Counted from the first letter of the stretch, positions 19,349-29,894 are shown. The stretch: 64,000 nt of DNA from Prochlorococcus sp. AG-679-M23 (GCA_003208875.1 QCUR01000004.1:32001-96000), one strand, 5' to 3'. The notes: generated by a model not told the origin, from the sequence alone. A program made the numbers and translations.

Positions 19349-20281
19349 ATGATAGATAGTTTTCCCTTAATAAAGAAAGAACATATTGAAACACTCCAGA
19401 TAAATATTGGCCTTAAATGTAATCAGGCTTGTAAACATTGCCATGTAAATTCAAGTCCATTACGTACCGAAAAGATGTCTTATGAAATAATTTCACTCAT
19501 TCCAAAAGTAATAGAAAAATATAAAATTAAAACTTTAGATATTACCGGGGGGGCACCAGAAATGCATCCTGAATTTAGAAATTTAATTACTACTTTAAGT
19601 GATAAAAATATTGATATTATTGATAGATGTAATTTAACAATTTTCTTTGAAGATGGATTCGAAGACTTACCCCAGTTTCTTGCTAAGAATAACGTAATAG
19701 TAACAGCATCACTCCCTTGCTATGAAAAGGATAATGTAGAACTACAAAGGGGTTATGGAGTCTTTGATAAAAGTATTAATGCTTTAAAAATACTTAATGA
19801 CTTAGGATATGGGAAACAAAAAGATGGACTTCAATTAAATCTAGTTTATAATCCCGTAAATCCTGTCCTTCCTCCATCACAAGTAATCCTAGAAGAGGAC
19901 TATAAAAGAATACTTTTTGAAAAGTACAATATTTCATTTAATAATCTTTATACAATAACCAATATGCCAATTAATAGATACGCAGACTCTCTTAATAGAG
20001 AAAACAAACTTGATTCATATTACAAATTACTTAAAGCAAATTTTAATAAAAATAATTTAGAAAATCTTATGTGTAAAAAAACGATAAGTGTTAATTGGCA
20101 AGGGCAAATCTATGATTGTGACTTTAATCAGCAAATAAATTTAAAAGGAAATAAAGGACCAAAGACACTTTCTGATTTAATGAGCAAATCATTTAAATTT
20201 GATTATGGAGTAGCTGTTAAGGAACATTGCTTCGCTTGCACAGCAGGGGCTGGATCAAGCTGTGGAGGAACTTTAACTTAG
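19349..20281 (+). CDS. arsS: Arsenosugar-biosynthesis radical SAM protein ArsS family
   Basis: CNQACKHC (CX3CX2C), DITGGAPE, YDCDFNQ and the C-terminal HCFACTAGAGSSCGG. Confidence 0.88.
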   Translation: MIDSFPLIKKEHIETLQINIGLKCNQACKHCHVNSSPLRTEKMSYEIISLIPKVIEKYKIKTLDITGGAPEMHPEFRNLITTLSDKNIDIIDRCNLTIFFEDGFEDLPQFLAKNNVIVTASLPCYEKDNVELQRGYGVFDKSINALKILNDLGYGKQKDGLQLNLVYNPVNPVLPPSQVILEEDYKRILFEKYNISFNNLYTITNMPINRYADSLNRENKLDSYYKLLKANFNKNNLENLMCKKTISVNWQGQIYDCDFNQQINLKGNKGPKTLSDLMSKSFKFDYGVAVKEHCFACTAGAGSSCGGTLT

Positions 20282-20287
20282 TTTCTG

Positions 20288-20740
20288 CTAAATACAATTA
20301 GGACATATAGCTCTAACATTTAAAGAAGATTCAATAAGTGTAAAACCATTAACTTTAGCGGCGACTTTTCCGGCCTTCAATACTTCATCACTTTTAAATT
20401 CTTCAGTTCTTCCACATCTAATACAAATCAAGTGATGATGATCTGCTGTTTCATTACTTAATAATTCATATCGATGACCGCCTTCACTAATCTCTAATTC
20501 ATGTAACAATCCCATCTGAACGAGAAGTCTCAAAGTTCTATATATTGTTGCGAGGGAAACTTTGGAACTAGATTTAATTAATTTTGCATGAACCTCTTCC
20601 GCACTTAAATGATTACCTGCTCCAATATTCTCAAATAAATTTAAAACTTTAAGTCTTTGGGGAGTTAATCTCTTACCATCTTTATGTAAGCCATCTCCTA
20701 AAGGAGATGTAATAACTTGATATTGAGAAGAAAAGGACAA
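20288..20740 (-). CDS. fur: Fur-family transcriptional regulator
   Basis: RLTPQR, SLATIYRTL, HHHLICIRCG and C-terminal CPNC. Confidence 0.92.
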   Translation of the reverse strand: MSFSSQYQVITSPLGDGLHKDGKRLTPQRLKVLNLFENIGAGNHLSAEEVHAKLIKSSSKVSLATIYRTLRLLVQMGLLHELEISEGGHRYELLSNETADHHHLICIRCGRTEEFKSDEVLKAGKVAAKVNGFTLIESSLNVRAICPNCI

Positions 20741-20890
20741 TTAAAAGCAATGTTTATTCTCAATAATAACTCTTGATGAGAGTAAATCAACTTTTAACTA
20801 ATAAATATTTACTAAAGTTCCTCAAAAAGATTAAATTAAAAACATATCTATATTTAAGTTATATCTTTAAATATTGCAGAAAAGAAATTA

Positions 20891-21448
20891 ATGACTCATT
20901 CTTCTAAAAGCGAATTACCAATCAAAAACGCTTTACTATTAGTAGATATTCAGGAAAAGATTATATCCCCAATTAATAACAAAGATTCAATAATCAAAAA
21001 TATTCAAAAGCTATTAAGCGCTTACCAAATCCTGGATGAGAACATATTTGTCTCAGAACAAAACCCTCTAAAACTGGGCAAAACAATACCAAAGTTATTA
21101 CCCAAAGTAGGTTTTACTAATATTCAAAAAATGGATTTTAGCTTAGCTACTAGTAAAGTTCTTTTTGAGGAACTTCATGATAAAAAGATTAGTAATTTGA
21201 TAATTTGCGGATTTGAAACACACATTTGTATTCAACAAAGTGTCCTAGAATTTTTAAAAAAGGGATATGAAGTACTAATCATATCTGACGCAATGGGAAG
21301 CAGAAATAATTCAGATCACGAAATAGCACTACAACGAATGCTTCATAAAGGAGCAATTATTACTACAACCGAATCAATTATTTTCGAAATTTGTAAAACC
21401 TCAGATAGAAAAGAATTCAAAGAAATTAGTAATATCATCAAAAGTTAA
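20891..21448 (+). CDS. Isochorismatase-family cysteine hydrolase
   Basis: VDIQE / KMDFS / GFETHICI catalytic D-K-C triad. Confidence 0.9.
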   Translation: MTHSSKSELPIKNALLLVDIQEKIISPINNKDSIIKNIQKLLSAYQILDENIFVSEQNPLKLGKTIPKLLPKVGFTNIQKMDFSLATSKVLFEELHDKKISNLIICGFETHICIQQSVLEFLKKGYEVLIISDAMGSRNNSDHEIALQRMLHKGAIITTTESIIFEICKTSDRKEFKEISNIIKS

Positions 21449-21521
21449 AGGTAATTAAGACTGGTTTATTTTTAGAGATAATTTAAACTTTAAATATTAG
21501 TTATTTAAGGATTTAATAGAT

Positions 21522-22553
21522 ATGAAATTATTTACTGAAAACTTGTTTTTCGCAATTTCTATATTTTTTATTGGAATAATATTATCAATAATAATATCTA
21601 AAATTTCAAAGATTATTTTTAAAAGGATTTCTAAAAGAACAAAAACAAATTTTGATGATTTTATTTTTGAAACACTTACTGGAATTATAAGACCAATAGG
21701 TTTTCTTCTCTCAGCCTATTTCGCAATTGATTATTTTTTCACTGATGAAATAACTTTTATATCTGTACTATTAAATATTCAAAAATTACTTATATTAATA
21801 ATTATCATTAAAGCTTTAAATAAAGTATTAATAAGATCGCTAACAGAATCTACAGCAAAAATTGATGACTCTTCGATTAGTTCAATGATCTCATCATTAA
21901 CACCTTTAATTAAGGCCTTTACTTGGACCATAGGATCAATATTTTTCTTACAAAATATAGGAGTACAAATGACCGCAATTTGGGCTTTGCTTAGCGCAGG
22001 TGGAATCGGAGCAGGTTTAGCATTAAAAGATCCAGTTCAAGAATTTTTTGAATACATTACAATTTTACTTGATAAACCTTTTCAAAAAGGCGAATTTATA
22101 AAGTCAGATAGCGTATTAGGAATGGTAGAAAGAGTAGGGGTAAGATCTTCAAGAATAAGAAGTATTAACGGAGAAGTAATAGTTATGAGTAATAGTGCAC
22201 TAACTAATGGGATCATTTCAAATTATGCTCAGATGAAGAAAAGGAGACTAGTTCATAAATTAGGAGTTGTTTATGAAACTTCTCCATCCCTGATGAAAAT
22301 GATTCCAAAAATAATAAAAAAAATCATTGAAGAAACTAAAGATGCTTCTTTTGATAGATGTCACTTTACAGATTTTGGAGACTTCAGTCTTAATTTTGAA
22401 CTAGTTTATTACATCCCAACCAATAATTATTTAGCTGCTATGGAAGCACAACAAAGTATCAACTTAAGAATTATTGAAGAATTTTCTTTAAATAAAATAG
22501 AATTTGCATTCCCAACTCAAACATTAAATATTGAAAGAAACGAATCCAAATGA
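21522..22553 (+). CDS. Small-conductance mechanosensitive channel, MscS family
   Basis: GIGAGLALKD, DKPFQKGEFI and FAFPTQT. Confidence 0.92.
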   Translation: MKLFTENLFFAISIFFIGIILSIIISKISKIIFKRISKRTKTNFDDFIFETLTGIIRPIGFLLSAYFAIDYFFTDEITFISVLLNIQKLLILIIIIKALNKVLIRSLTESTAKIDDSSISSMISSLTPLIKAFTWTIGSIFFLQNIGVQMTAIWALLSAGGIGAGLALKDPVQEFFEYITILLDKPFQKGEFIKSDSVLGMVERVGVRSSRIRSINGEVIVMSNSALTNGIISNYAQMKKRRLVHKLGVVYETSPSLMKMIPKIIKKIIEETKDASFDRCHFTDFGDFSLNFELVYYIPTNNYLAAMEAQQSINLRIIEEFSLNKIEFAFPTQTLNIERNESK

Positions 22554-23525
22554 TCGGCATAATTCCTCACTAAAACTCCAAAGTCTTAAAGCAAGTTCTT
22601 TTTTACTAGCTTCCTCACTTACTTCACTTTTAATTAATTTATGTTTTTTATAAAAGACAAGCTTATTGCTTAAATGTAAGTACTTAATATTATTGAAATC
22701 ATTATCAAAAACGATATCAGAAAGCAACTTCCCTGCATTTTCTACATTTTCAGAAATACCTAAAATATTTTTTGCAATACTTGAAAAAACAATATATCCA
22801 AAGATATTAAATTTAATACTATATCTGAAAAAGCCCAAATCTTCATTAGGAATTACAAGACCAGGAGCCCAAGAAATAACAGATATTTTACTAGATTTAA
22901 TTTGTAATCTTTTTGAAAGTTCCTTAGCAAATAAAATATTACATAATTTACTATTTTTATAAGCCTTGTCAGAATTAAAATTTGTATAGTTTCCTGAAAT
23001 TTCCTCTTTAAAGTTAATTAAATTATTTAAACCTGCTTTCTCTCCAACATTTCCTCCTGAACTCTTTGGATCATGAACATCTGATGATGTAATAATTATC
23101 CTAGATTCTTTTTTGTTATTTATTAGTTCTATAAGAATATTAACCAAATAAAAATGTGCGAGATGATTAACAGCGAAAGTTAGTTCAAGCCCCTGTTTTG
23201 AGACTTTAGGATAAAAAGATCCAGTATATTGTAAGCCTGCATTTAAAATAACTACATCTAAAGAAACATTTTTTCTGATTATAAAATCTCTAACTTTATG
23301 AATATTTTCCAAATTAGATAAATCAATATTATCAATTAGATTTAAATGTTTTTCTATATATTCTTTATCAAAATACTTTATTAGTTTTAATAAAAATTCC
23401 TCTTTTCTTGATAATGATCTAATTGGAATATATAGATTATTTTGAGTTTTCAACAAGTTAATTGTTGTAAAAAAACCAATCCCAGAGTTACCTCCTGTTA
23501 TTAGGATATTTTTATCTTTTATCAT
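22524..23525 (-). CDS. Short-chain dehydrogenase/reductase, protochlorophyllide-reductase-like
   Basis: ITGGNSGIG, LNAG, FAVNHLAHF and YKNSK (YxxxK). Confidence 0.88.
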   Translation of the reverse strand: MIKDKNILITGGNSGIGFFTTINLLKTQNNLYIPIRSLSRKEEFLLKLIKYFDKEYIEKHLNLIDNIDLSNLENIHKVRDFIIRKNVSLDVVILNAGLQYTGSFYPKVSKQGLELTFAVNHLAHFYLVNILIELINNKKESRIIITSSDVHDPKSSGGNVGEKAGLNNLINFKEEISGNYTNFNSDKAYKNSKLCNILFAKELSKRLQIKSSKISVISWAPGLVIPNEDLGFFRYSIKFNIFGYIVFSSIAKNILGISENVENAGKLLSDIVFDNDFNNIKYLHLSNKLVFYKKHKLIKSEVSEEASKKELALRLWSFSEELCRSFGFVSFNI

Positions 23526-23758
23526 ATGTATTAAACAGTCAATTATTTTCAGTAGGAAAATTATATATTATATTATTTTTTCTTTTAATTTCTTATAAAT
23601 TATTGTTAAAACACTGAAAACAAAAGGACTAGTTAAAGAGTCTCTTGCTTATTATTAAATTTATTCTCATTATAAAATTTTTGAATGAATTATAAAAATG
23701 AAGTTTTAGATATTTTTTATTTTTTCAAAAATTTTTTTAACTTCAGAATTTATAATTA

Positions 23759-25042
23759 ATGCCTTCTAAAAGATTGCCCGATGTATTAGTTTTAGGAGCA
23801 GGACCTGCGGGAATGGCGATTGCCTCAGCTTTAGGGAAAGAAAAATTAGAGGTAGAGGTTCTTTCCCCTAATGGTCCTGACGAGCCTTGGCCAAATACTT
23901 ATGGGATTTGGGGAAAGGAAGTAGATCAACTTGGCCTTCAGGATTTACTTGAATATAGGTGGAAAAATACCGTTAGTTTTTTTGGGCATGGTTCTCTTGA
24001 AGAACATCACTATGAGAATAAAGCAACTGAGCATTCTTTAGATTATGGATTATTTGACAAGAAGAAATTACATAGTTACTGGCTAAATGAATGTAATAAG
24101 TCTCTAATAAAATGGCATGAGGGTTTTGCAGAGAAGATAAACTTTCAGAAACAAAAAAGTACTGTTACAACCAGTGATGGCAAAACCTACTCAGCAAGAT
24201 TAGTTGTAGATGCAACAGGATATGATCCTGTATTTCTTAAATTAAAATCATGTGGACCATTAGCAGTCCAGACTTGTTATGGAATAGTAGGAAGTTTTAG
24301 TAAGCCTCCACTAAAAAAAGGGCAATTTGTCTTAATGGATTATCGTAATGATCATTTGAATGAGGAGCAAAAAAAAGAACCACCTACTTTTCTCTATGCA
24401 ATGGATATGGGAAATGGAAAGTATTTTCTTGAAGAGACTTCGCTTGGATTAGTAAATCCTTTAACAATGGATCATTTAAAAGAAAGGTTAGAAAAAAGAC
24501 TTTCTTACAGAAACATATCAATTACTAGCATGCAACATGAAGAACTTGGTTTATTTTTACCCATGAATATGCCTATCCCAGACTTTAAACAACAAGTACT
24601 GGGTTACGGCGGAGCAGCTTCAATGGTTCACCCAGCATCAGGATATCTAATTGGTAATGTTTTAAGAAGAGCTCCACTAGTGGCAAAAGCTATATCAACT
24701 GCCATGAATGATAAGAAATTAAGTACTTATCATATTGCTAGAAAAGGCTGGGAGAGTTTATGGCCTAAAGAATTAATAAGAAAGAAATCAATCTACCAAT
24801 TTGGTTTGGAAAAACTTATGAGATTCGATGAAAAACTATTAAGAGAATTTTTTGGTAGTTTCTTTAAATTACCTAAAACTCAATGGTATGGATTTCTAAC
24901 TGATACATTATCCTTAAGGGAAATCGTGTATGCAATGTGCGTAATGTTTATAAGAGCCCCTTGGAGTGTAAAAAAAGGGTTAATGATTATGCACGGTAAA
25001 GAACTAAGAATGTTATTAAGAATAGTTTTACCAAATATATAA
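23759..25042 (+). CDS. crtL: Lycopene cyclase, CrtL family (probably the epsilon/beta cyclase for alpha-carotene)
   Basis: VLGAGPAG, WPNTYGIW, VVDATG, FLEETSL and VHPASGY. Confidence 0.92.
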   Translation: MPSKRLPDVLVLGAGPAGMAIASALGKEKLEVEVLSPNGPDEPWPNTYGIWGKEVDQLGLQDLLEYRWKNTVSFFGHGSLEEHHYENKATEHSLDYGLFDKKKLHSYWLNECNKSLIKWHEGFAEKINFQKQKSTVTTSDGKTYSARLVVDATGYDPVFLKLKSCGPLAVQTCYGIVGSFSKPPLKKGQFVLMDYRNDHLNEEQKKEPPTFLYAMDMGNGKYFLEETSLGLVNPLTMDHLKERLEKRLSYRNISITSMQHEELGLFLPMNMPIPDFKQQVLGYGGAASMVHPASGYLIGNVLRRAPLVAKAISTAMNDKKLSTYHIARKGWESLWPKELIRKKSIYQFGLEKLMRFDEKLLREFFGSFFKLPKTQWYGFLTDTLSLREIVYAMCVMFIRAPWSVKKGLMIMHGKELRMLLRIVLPNI

Positions 25043-25054
25043 TAAAAATTTAAA

Positions 25055-25762
25055 ATGAGAACTATTTTGATAAGCGGTGCTAGTAGCGGAATTGGATTAA
25101 ATATTGCACATAAAGAACTAAAAGCAGGAAATAGAATTAGTATTGGGCTAAGAGATTTAGAGTCTGTTAAAGGAAGCGTTATTGATCCTAATAATTGGAC
25201 TAATGAAAAAATACTCCTAAATAAATATGATGCATTAGATAAATTTTCCGCCAAAAAGTGGGTAGAAAATACAGTTAGTAAATTTGGAGGTTTTGATACT
25301 TTAATAAACTGTTCTGGAGTCCTTTCAAAAGTTCCTTTTTTATATAAAGATGGGGATGAAGAAGAGATTTTAAATACTTTTAATATAAATTTTTTAGCCA
25401 TTTGGCATTTATGCAGACTTTCCTGGAAACACTTAAGCCAATCAAATAATGGAAGAATTATCGTTTTAGTTTCAATGAGCGGCAAAAGGTCCAAGGGAGA
25501 TTTAGCAGCATATTCCTCATCAAAATTTGCTTTAATGAGTCTTTGTCAAACAATGAAGAACAAGGGTTGGGAAGAAAATATTAGAGTTACTGCTATCTGT
25601 CCTAGTTGGGTTAATACAAAAATGGCTGAGAAAATATCATCCTTAGAAAAGTCAAAAATGACTCAACCAGGGGATATAGCAGAAATATGTTCTACAATTC
25701 TAAAATTACCAATGCAGTCAGTCCCATTTGAAATATCCTTAAATTGTAATTATGAAATTTAA
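25055..25762 (+). CDS. Short-chain dehydrogenase/reductase
   Basis: ISGASSGIG, YSSSK and ICPSWVNT. Confidence 0.9.
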   Translation: MRTILISGASSGIGLNIAHKELKAGNRISIGLRDLESVKGSVIDPNNWTNEKILLNKYDALDKFSAKKWVENTVSKFGGFDTLINCSGVLSKVPFLYKDGDEEEILNTFNINFLAIWHLCRLSWKHLSQSNNGRIIVLVSMSGKRSKGDLAAYSSSKFALMSLCQTMKNKGWEENIRVTAICPSWVNTKMAEKISSLEKSKMTQPGDIAEICSTILKLPMQSVPFEISLNCNYEI

Positions 25763-26301
25763 TTTAGTCTGAACATTAAAAAAGCCATTGTGATCATCGC
25801 AATAGCTATAAATAAGCCTTTTATTCTATTCGTTAATAATGAAAATAGAGATAAATCATCAGAAAAATATCCTCCAAAACTTCCTGTTAGAAACAAAATT
25901 ATCATAGGTATCGATGCAAAACCGAATGAATAGGAAATATTTCTTAAAAATCCAACATTAAAGTAATTAAGAATTAAAAAATTTGTTCCAAATAATAAAA
26001 AGGATGCGAATAAAGTTATGGAAACCTCAGCATCAAGTGTATGCGGTAAATTTCCTTTTAAGTCAAATTGTTTTTTACATTCAGATATTTGTCTTTTATT
26101 GAGCTTCAAATATCCAGTTTCAGGAATTCTTTGGGATTTATATTTTCTCAATAACCTGGCTTCAAGAGTTTCAGGTTCTTTAGTCATAATGGAAGTTAGT
26201 AATTCATCTGGTTTGAGTTTTCTAATTTTCTTATCAAGATTATCTGCCTTACCAATACGATAAAGATCTCCAACTCTTATGAGGTAAACATATCCCGCCA
26301 T
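25759..26301 (-). CDS. T5orf172/GIY-YIG-like domain fused to three C-terminal TM helices
   Basis: GYVYLIRVGDLYRIGKA and ETLEARLL; hydrophobic C-terminal half. Confidence 0.8.
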   Translation of the reverse strand: MAGYVYLIRVGDLYRIGKADNLDKKIRKLKPDELLTSIMTKEPETLEARLLRKYKSQRIPETGYLKLNKRQISECKKQFDLKGNLPHTLDAEVSITLFASFLLFGTNFLILNYFNVGFLRNISYSFGFASIPMIILFLTGSFGGYFSDDLSLFSLLTNRIKGLFIAIAMITMAFLMFRLN

Positions 26302-26375
26302 TTTCGTTGTAAAGTTAAGGTTATTACTATGTAGATAATACTAAAAGAATCAAAAAAATATTATTTTTTTACAAA

Positions 26376-27035
26376 ATGACAACAGATATTTTATATTCAT
26401 TTCGTAGATGTCCATATGCAATTCGAGTTAGATGGGCATTATTAATTTGCGAAATCAAAGTAGAAATAAGAGAAGTTGATTTAAAAAATAAGCCTATCGA
26501 ATTCATAAATAAATCCAGTTCAAAAACTGTTCCAATTTTATTAAAAAAAAATAATGAAGTCATAGAGGAAAGTCTAGACATCATAATCTGGGCACTTTCA
26601 GAATCAGAAAAGGAGAATATAAAAAAAATCTATAATCCCAAAAATAAAGAGGAAGAAATTCTAGAGATTATTTCTGAAAATGATCATCTGTTTAAATATC
26701 ATTTAGATCGTTTTAAATATTCCGCTAGATTTAATGCTAGCGAAGAAGATTATCATTTTTTAGAAGCTACTAAATTCATAAAAAAGTGGAATAAAATCCT
26801 TACAAATAACAGATGGATAATTGGAGATAAACCTTCGATTGCAGATTGGTGTATTTGGCCATTTGTAAGGCAATTTAAAATTGCTTGCGAAAGCCAAAAA
26901 AAAACAAATTATTTTGATGATCCTATAAAAGATTGGTTAGGATATTTTGAAAAACATCAACATTTTAAAAAATTAATGCATAAATTTGATCCATGGGAAC
27001 CATCTAAAAAGAAAGAATATTTCCATTTTAATTAG
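26376..27035 (+). CDS. Glutathione S-transferase
   Basis: YSFRRCPYAIR, TVPIL, ESLDI and SIADWCIWPFVRQF. Confidence 0.92.
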   Translation: MTTDILYSFRRCPYAIRVRWALLICEIKVEIREVDLKNKPIEFINKSSSKTVPILLKKNNEVIEESLDIIIWALSESEKENIKKIYNPKNKEEEILEIISENDHLFKYHLDRFKYSARFNASEEDYHFLEATKFIKKWNKILTNNRWIIGDKPSIADWCIWPFVRQFKIACESQKKTNYFDDPIKDWLGYFEKHQHFKKLMHKFDPWEPSKKKEYFHFN

Positions 27036-27289
27036 CTTTCAAGTAATTTTCTTTTTTCAATAATTTTGGCTAATTCTAAAAAATATCCTGCTGTTCTAAA
27101 TTTTCCAATATTTTTTTCTTTAAATTCTATATCACTTCTAATTTCTGCAGTTTCAGCCATAATTAAATCCAGTTCGTTAAATCCAAGACTATATAGTTCT
27201 CCTAGTTCAACTTCTCTTCCAAGCAAGTGACTCCTAAACCATTTTTCTTTACTTTCTTGAGGAGGAATATCATATGGTGTGTAGGACAT
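27032..27289 (-). CDS. Hypothetical protein
   Basis: 85-aa ORF with ATG start, co-oriented with the upstream transporter. Confidence 0.75.
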   Translation of the reverse strand: MSYTPYDIPPQESKEKWFRSHLLGREVELGELYSLGFNELDLIMAETAEIRSDIEFKEKNIGKFRTAGYFLELAKIIEKRKLLES

Positions 27290-27327
27290 AAATCAAGAAA
27301 AATATATTTTTATACTAACCTAACTTC

Positions 27328-28701
27328 TTATTCATAACTTGTAGAAAACTTTTTGTTAAAAAAGAATGCAACCAAAATAGTAAAAAGAGTTATTGATGCA
27401 CAAATCTCTGTCCAGTAATCTAATCCTATTTTTGAGATCAATAATGGAGCCAATACTGTAAAAAATCCTCCTGATAAGATTAACTGAGCAAAAAGTTGCT
27501 TTGATGTAAAAATCGGAAGTGTTTTAGAAATATTTTTTGGATCAGCGAGTCTTAAAAGAAGTAGTCCAGATGCAACTACTCCAGTTGAATTTCCAAATTC
27601 TATTAAACTTCTCTCAAACCAGTGTTTTTCAAATACAAAGTATGCGAAATAAGCAATACAAATTAAATTCCAAATCAAACCAAAAATAGTAAGTACCAAA
27701 ATCAATCTCCAATTATCAAGAACAGTAGTAATATCTAAACTTGCCATTGCTGTAAAAATTAATAAATCTGTGGACAAGATACCAATTTCTCTTTGAAAAA
27801 GATTAGATATAAATTCTGTATTATTGGTTTTTTCTAAGATATATCTAATCAAAAGTGATCCTATTAGAATAAGTGGGAATACAGGAAGTGATAAGATAAC
27901 TTCTCTTGAAAATTCACCAAAGTAGTTTGAAATATACCTTAAAAGGTTAAGTATCAAGACCCCAAAAGAAATTGCCAACCCAACAAAGCCAAGATTTATT
28001 AATAAAATTCTCAAATCTGAAAAAATACCTATTTTCCGATTTGGATTTTCACCATCTGTTTTATCAACGATCTGCTCTGTATCTGAAATTCCTAAAGTTC
28101 TTCCTAAAAAAATAAAAAAACTACCTAATAAGGAAGAGGATAAAAGGCCCATTGTAGCCATTGCAAGACCTAGGTCTAAGCCATCTGAGAATCCAAGTTT
28201 ATTAAAACTTTCTCCAATAATAGTTGCAGCACCATGCCCTCCTTCAAAACCAACCTCTATTAAACATCCCATTAAAGGATTTGTTTCCATCGAAGGAGAC
28301 AATAAGTATTTGACTACTAATCCTCCTACAAGAAATTGACCAAAGCCCAATGAAAGAGCCAACAAGAACTGATTAATAATGGGTCTAAATAAACCATTAA
28401 TATTTGGAATTGGCCTGCCCAACATTAATGTCGCAAACACTAGAGATAAGAGAGGAGTAGGAAAATTACTCCAGACATTTGTAGTCTCCTTAGATAAAAT
28501 ATTTATTAATCCATAGGGACCTATCGATATTCCTACAATTCCAGAAATAACAGCTATGGGTAATCCAAATCTTTCTAATTGAACAGCAAATTTAAATTTC
28601 CTTCCAAAAATCAAGAAAAAACCGATTACAAAAAATACTATTAAACTTATATTAAAAGAGTTCGAGAAAATATTTTGATTATTTAGGAGAGAAATATTCA
28701 A
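27328..28701 (-). CDS. Sodium:glutamate symporter, GltS/ESS family
   Basis: EVGFEGGHGAA and FGNSTGVVASGLLLLRLADP; multi-TM. Confidence 0.88.
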   Translation of the reverse strand: MNISLLNNQNIFSNSFNISLIVFFVIGFFLIFGRKFKFAVQLERFGLPIAVISGIVGISIGPYGLINILSKETTNVWSNFPTPLLSLVFATLMLGRPIPNINGLFRPIINQFLLALSLGFGQFLVGGLVVKYLLSPSMETNPLMGCLIEVGFEGGHGAATIIGESFNKLGFSDGLDLGLAMATMGLLSSSLLGSFFIFLGRTLGISDTEQIVDKTDGENPNRKIGIFSDLRILLINLGFVGLAISFGVLILNLLRYISNYFGEFSREVILSLPVFPLILIGSLLIRYILEKTNNTEFISNLFQREIGILSTDLLIFTAMASLDITTVLDNWRLILVLTIFGLIWNLICIAYFAYFVFEKHWFERSLIEFGNSTGVVASGLLLLRLADPKNISKTLPIFTSKQLFAQLILSGGFFTVLAPLLISKIGLDYWTEICASITLFTILVAFFFNKKFSTSYE

Positions 28702-28755
28702 CTATTTTAAACTTAATACTTTTTAAATCTAATTTAATAAATAAAATTTATCAAA

Positions 28756-28785
28756 TAAAAAAGGCCTCATTAATTGAGGCCTTTT
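28756..28785 (-). terminator. Intrinsic terminator of pcb
   Basis: AAAAGGCCTCA-TTAAT-TGAGGCCTTTT hairpin flanked by A/T runs, 22 nt after the pcb stop. Confidence 0.88.
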
Positions 28786-28807
28786 AATATTTATTAGTGA
28801 CTAAAAT

Positions 28808-29866
28808 TTAATCTTTAAGAGTAACAGTAGCACTATCAATGTTACTGATAGCATTTGTAACTCTCTTAAAGTCAAATCCTAAGGCTCTTAGTGCATGCCA
28901 TAGATGACCTTGGATAAAGAAGAAACCAAAATAGTAATGCACATTTGCTAACCATGCTCTTGATGTATAAACACCATCAGGAAGGTCAACAGTATCAATC
29001 CAATATGGAGAAATACTGAATTTCAATTCAAGTGGTTCACCAAAAAACTCTACAGGATAAACTGTTGTATTTGATGCGCTCCAGAAGGCAGCAATAATTG
29101 CCATCCAACCAATACCTGCTAAAGACCATGAAAGAACGGCTTCTGCAGATAGAAGACCTTTACCTTTAAATTTGGTATATTCACCAACTTGCTTTGTAGC
29201 AATGTGCCAAGCACCACCCGTAATCAAGACAAATGCAAGGAAAGCATGACCTCCCATAACATCCTCTAAATCATCTATTAGTAGAAAATCTGTTTGATGA
29301 TTCCAAATCTCAGCAAGGTTTAGATCATATTCAACTTGTCTTACGGCACCAATAGCTGGATCGTAGACTCCATGAACTCTTGCCCATTCAACAAGAAGAA
29401 TTACAGCGAATCCAAGAATAATTAAATGATGTCCAAGAATGAAAGTTAATTTATCTGGATTATCCCATTCAATATTGAATTTCCTTGCCTTTGCGACTTC
29501 TGATTCTTCAAGATTTCCTGGAAGAAGTAGCGAGTGAAGTAATCCACCAGCTGCAAGTACCATAGAGGAAACCAAATGAACAATAGCTATAGCTAGTACA
29601 GGTTTGGTATCTCCCATTAGAACTCCATCAGCATCAAACCCTATTCCAAGGGTAGCCAAGTGAGGAAGAGCAATAAGAGGTTGTTGACCCATTGGGACAC
29701 TGGGGTCAAATCTTGATAGTTCGAAAAGAGTGAAAGCACCGGCCCAAAAAACAATTAACCCTGCATGAGCGACATGAGCAGCGATAAATTTTCCTGAGCG
29801 ATTAGCTACACCTGAATTACCAGCCCACCATCCATAGGTGGTGTCTGGATTACCATAGGTTTGCAT
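28808..29866 (-). CDS. pcb: Divinyl chlorophyll a/b-binding antenna protein Pcb
   Basis: MQTYGNP...[13 protein letters not shown] and [11 protein letters not shown]43/IsiA-like 6-TM protein. Confidence 0.98.
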   Translation of the reverse strand: MQTYGNPDTTYGWWAGNSGVANRSGKFIAAHVAHAGLIVFWAGAFTLFELSRFDPSVPMGQQPLIALPHLATLGIGFDADGVLMGDTKPVLAIAIVHLVSSMVLAAGGLLHSLLLPGNLEESEVAKARKFNIEWDNPDKLTFILGHHLIILGFAVILLVEWARVHGVYDPAIGAVRQVEYDLNLAEIWNHQTDFLLIDDLEDVMGGHAFLAFVLITGGAWHIATKQVGEYTKFKGKGLLSAEAVLSWSLAGIGWMAIIAAFWSASNTTVYPVEFFGEPLELKFSISPYWIDTVDLPDGVYTSRAWLANVHYYFGFFFIQGHLWHALRALGFDFKRVTNAISNIDSATVTLKD

Positions 29867-29894
29867 TTAGGAATTGATTAGCTTAAACGTTTTG

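Noticed and set aside
20746..20764. Possible Fur box upstream of fur
   Set aside because: Only one half-site (ATTCTCAAT) matches; the other half is poor in AT-rich sequence.
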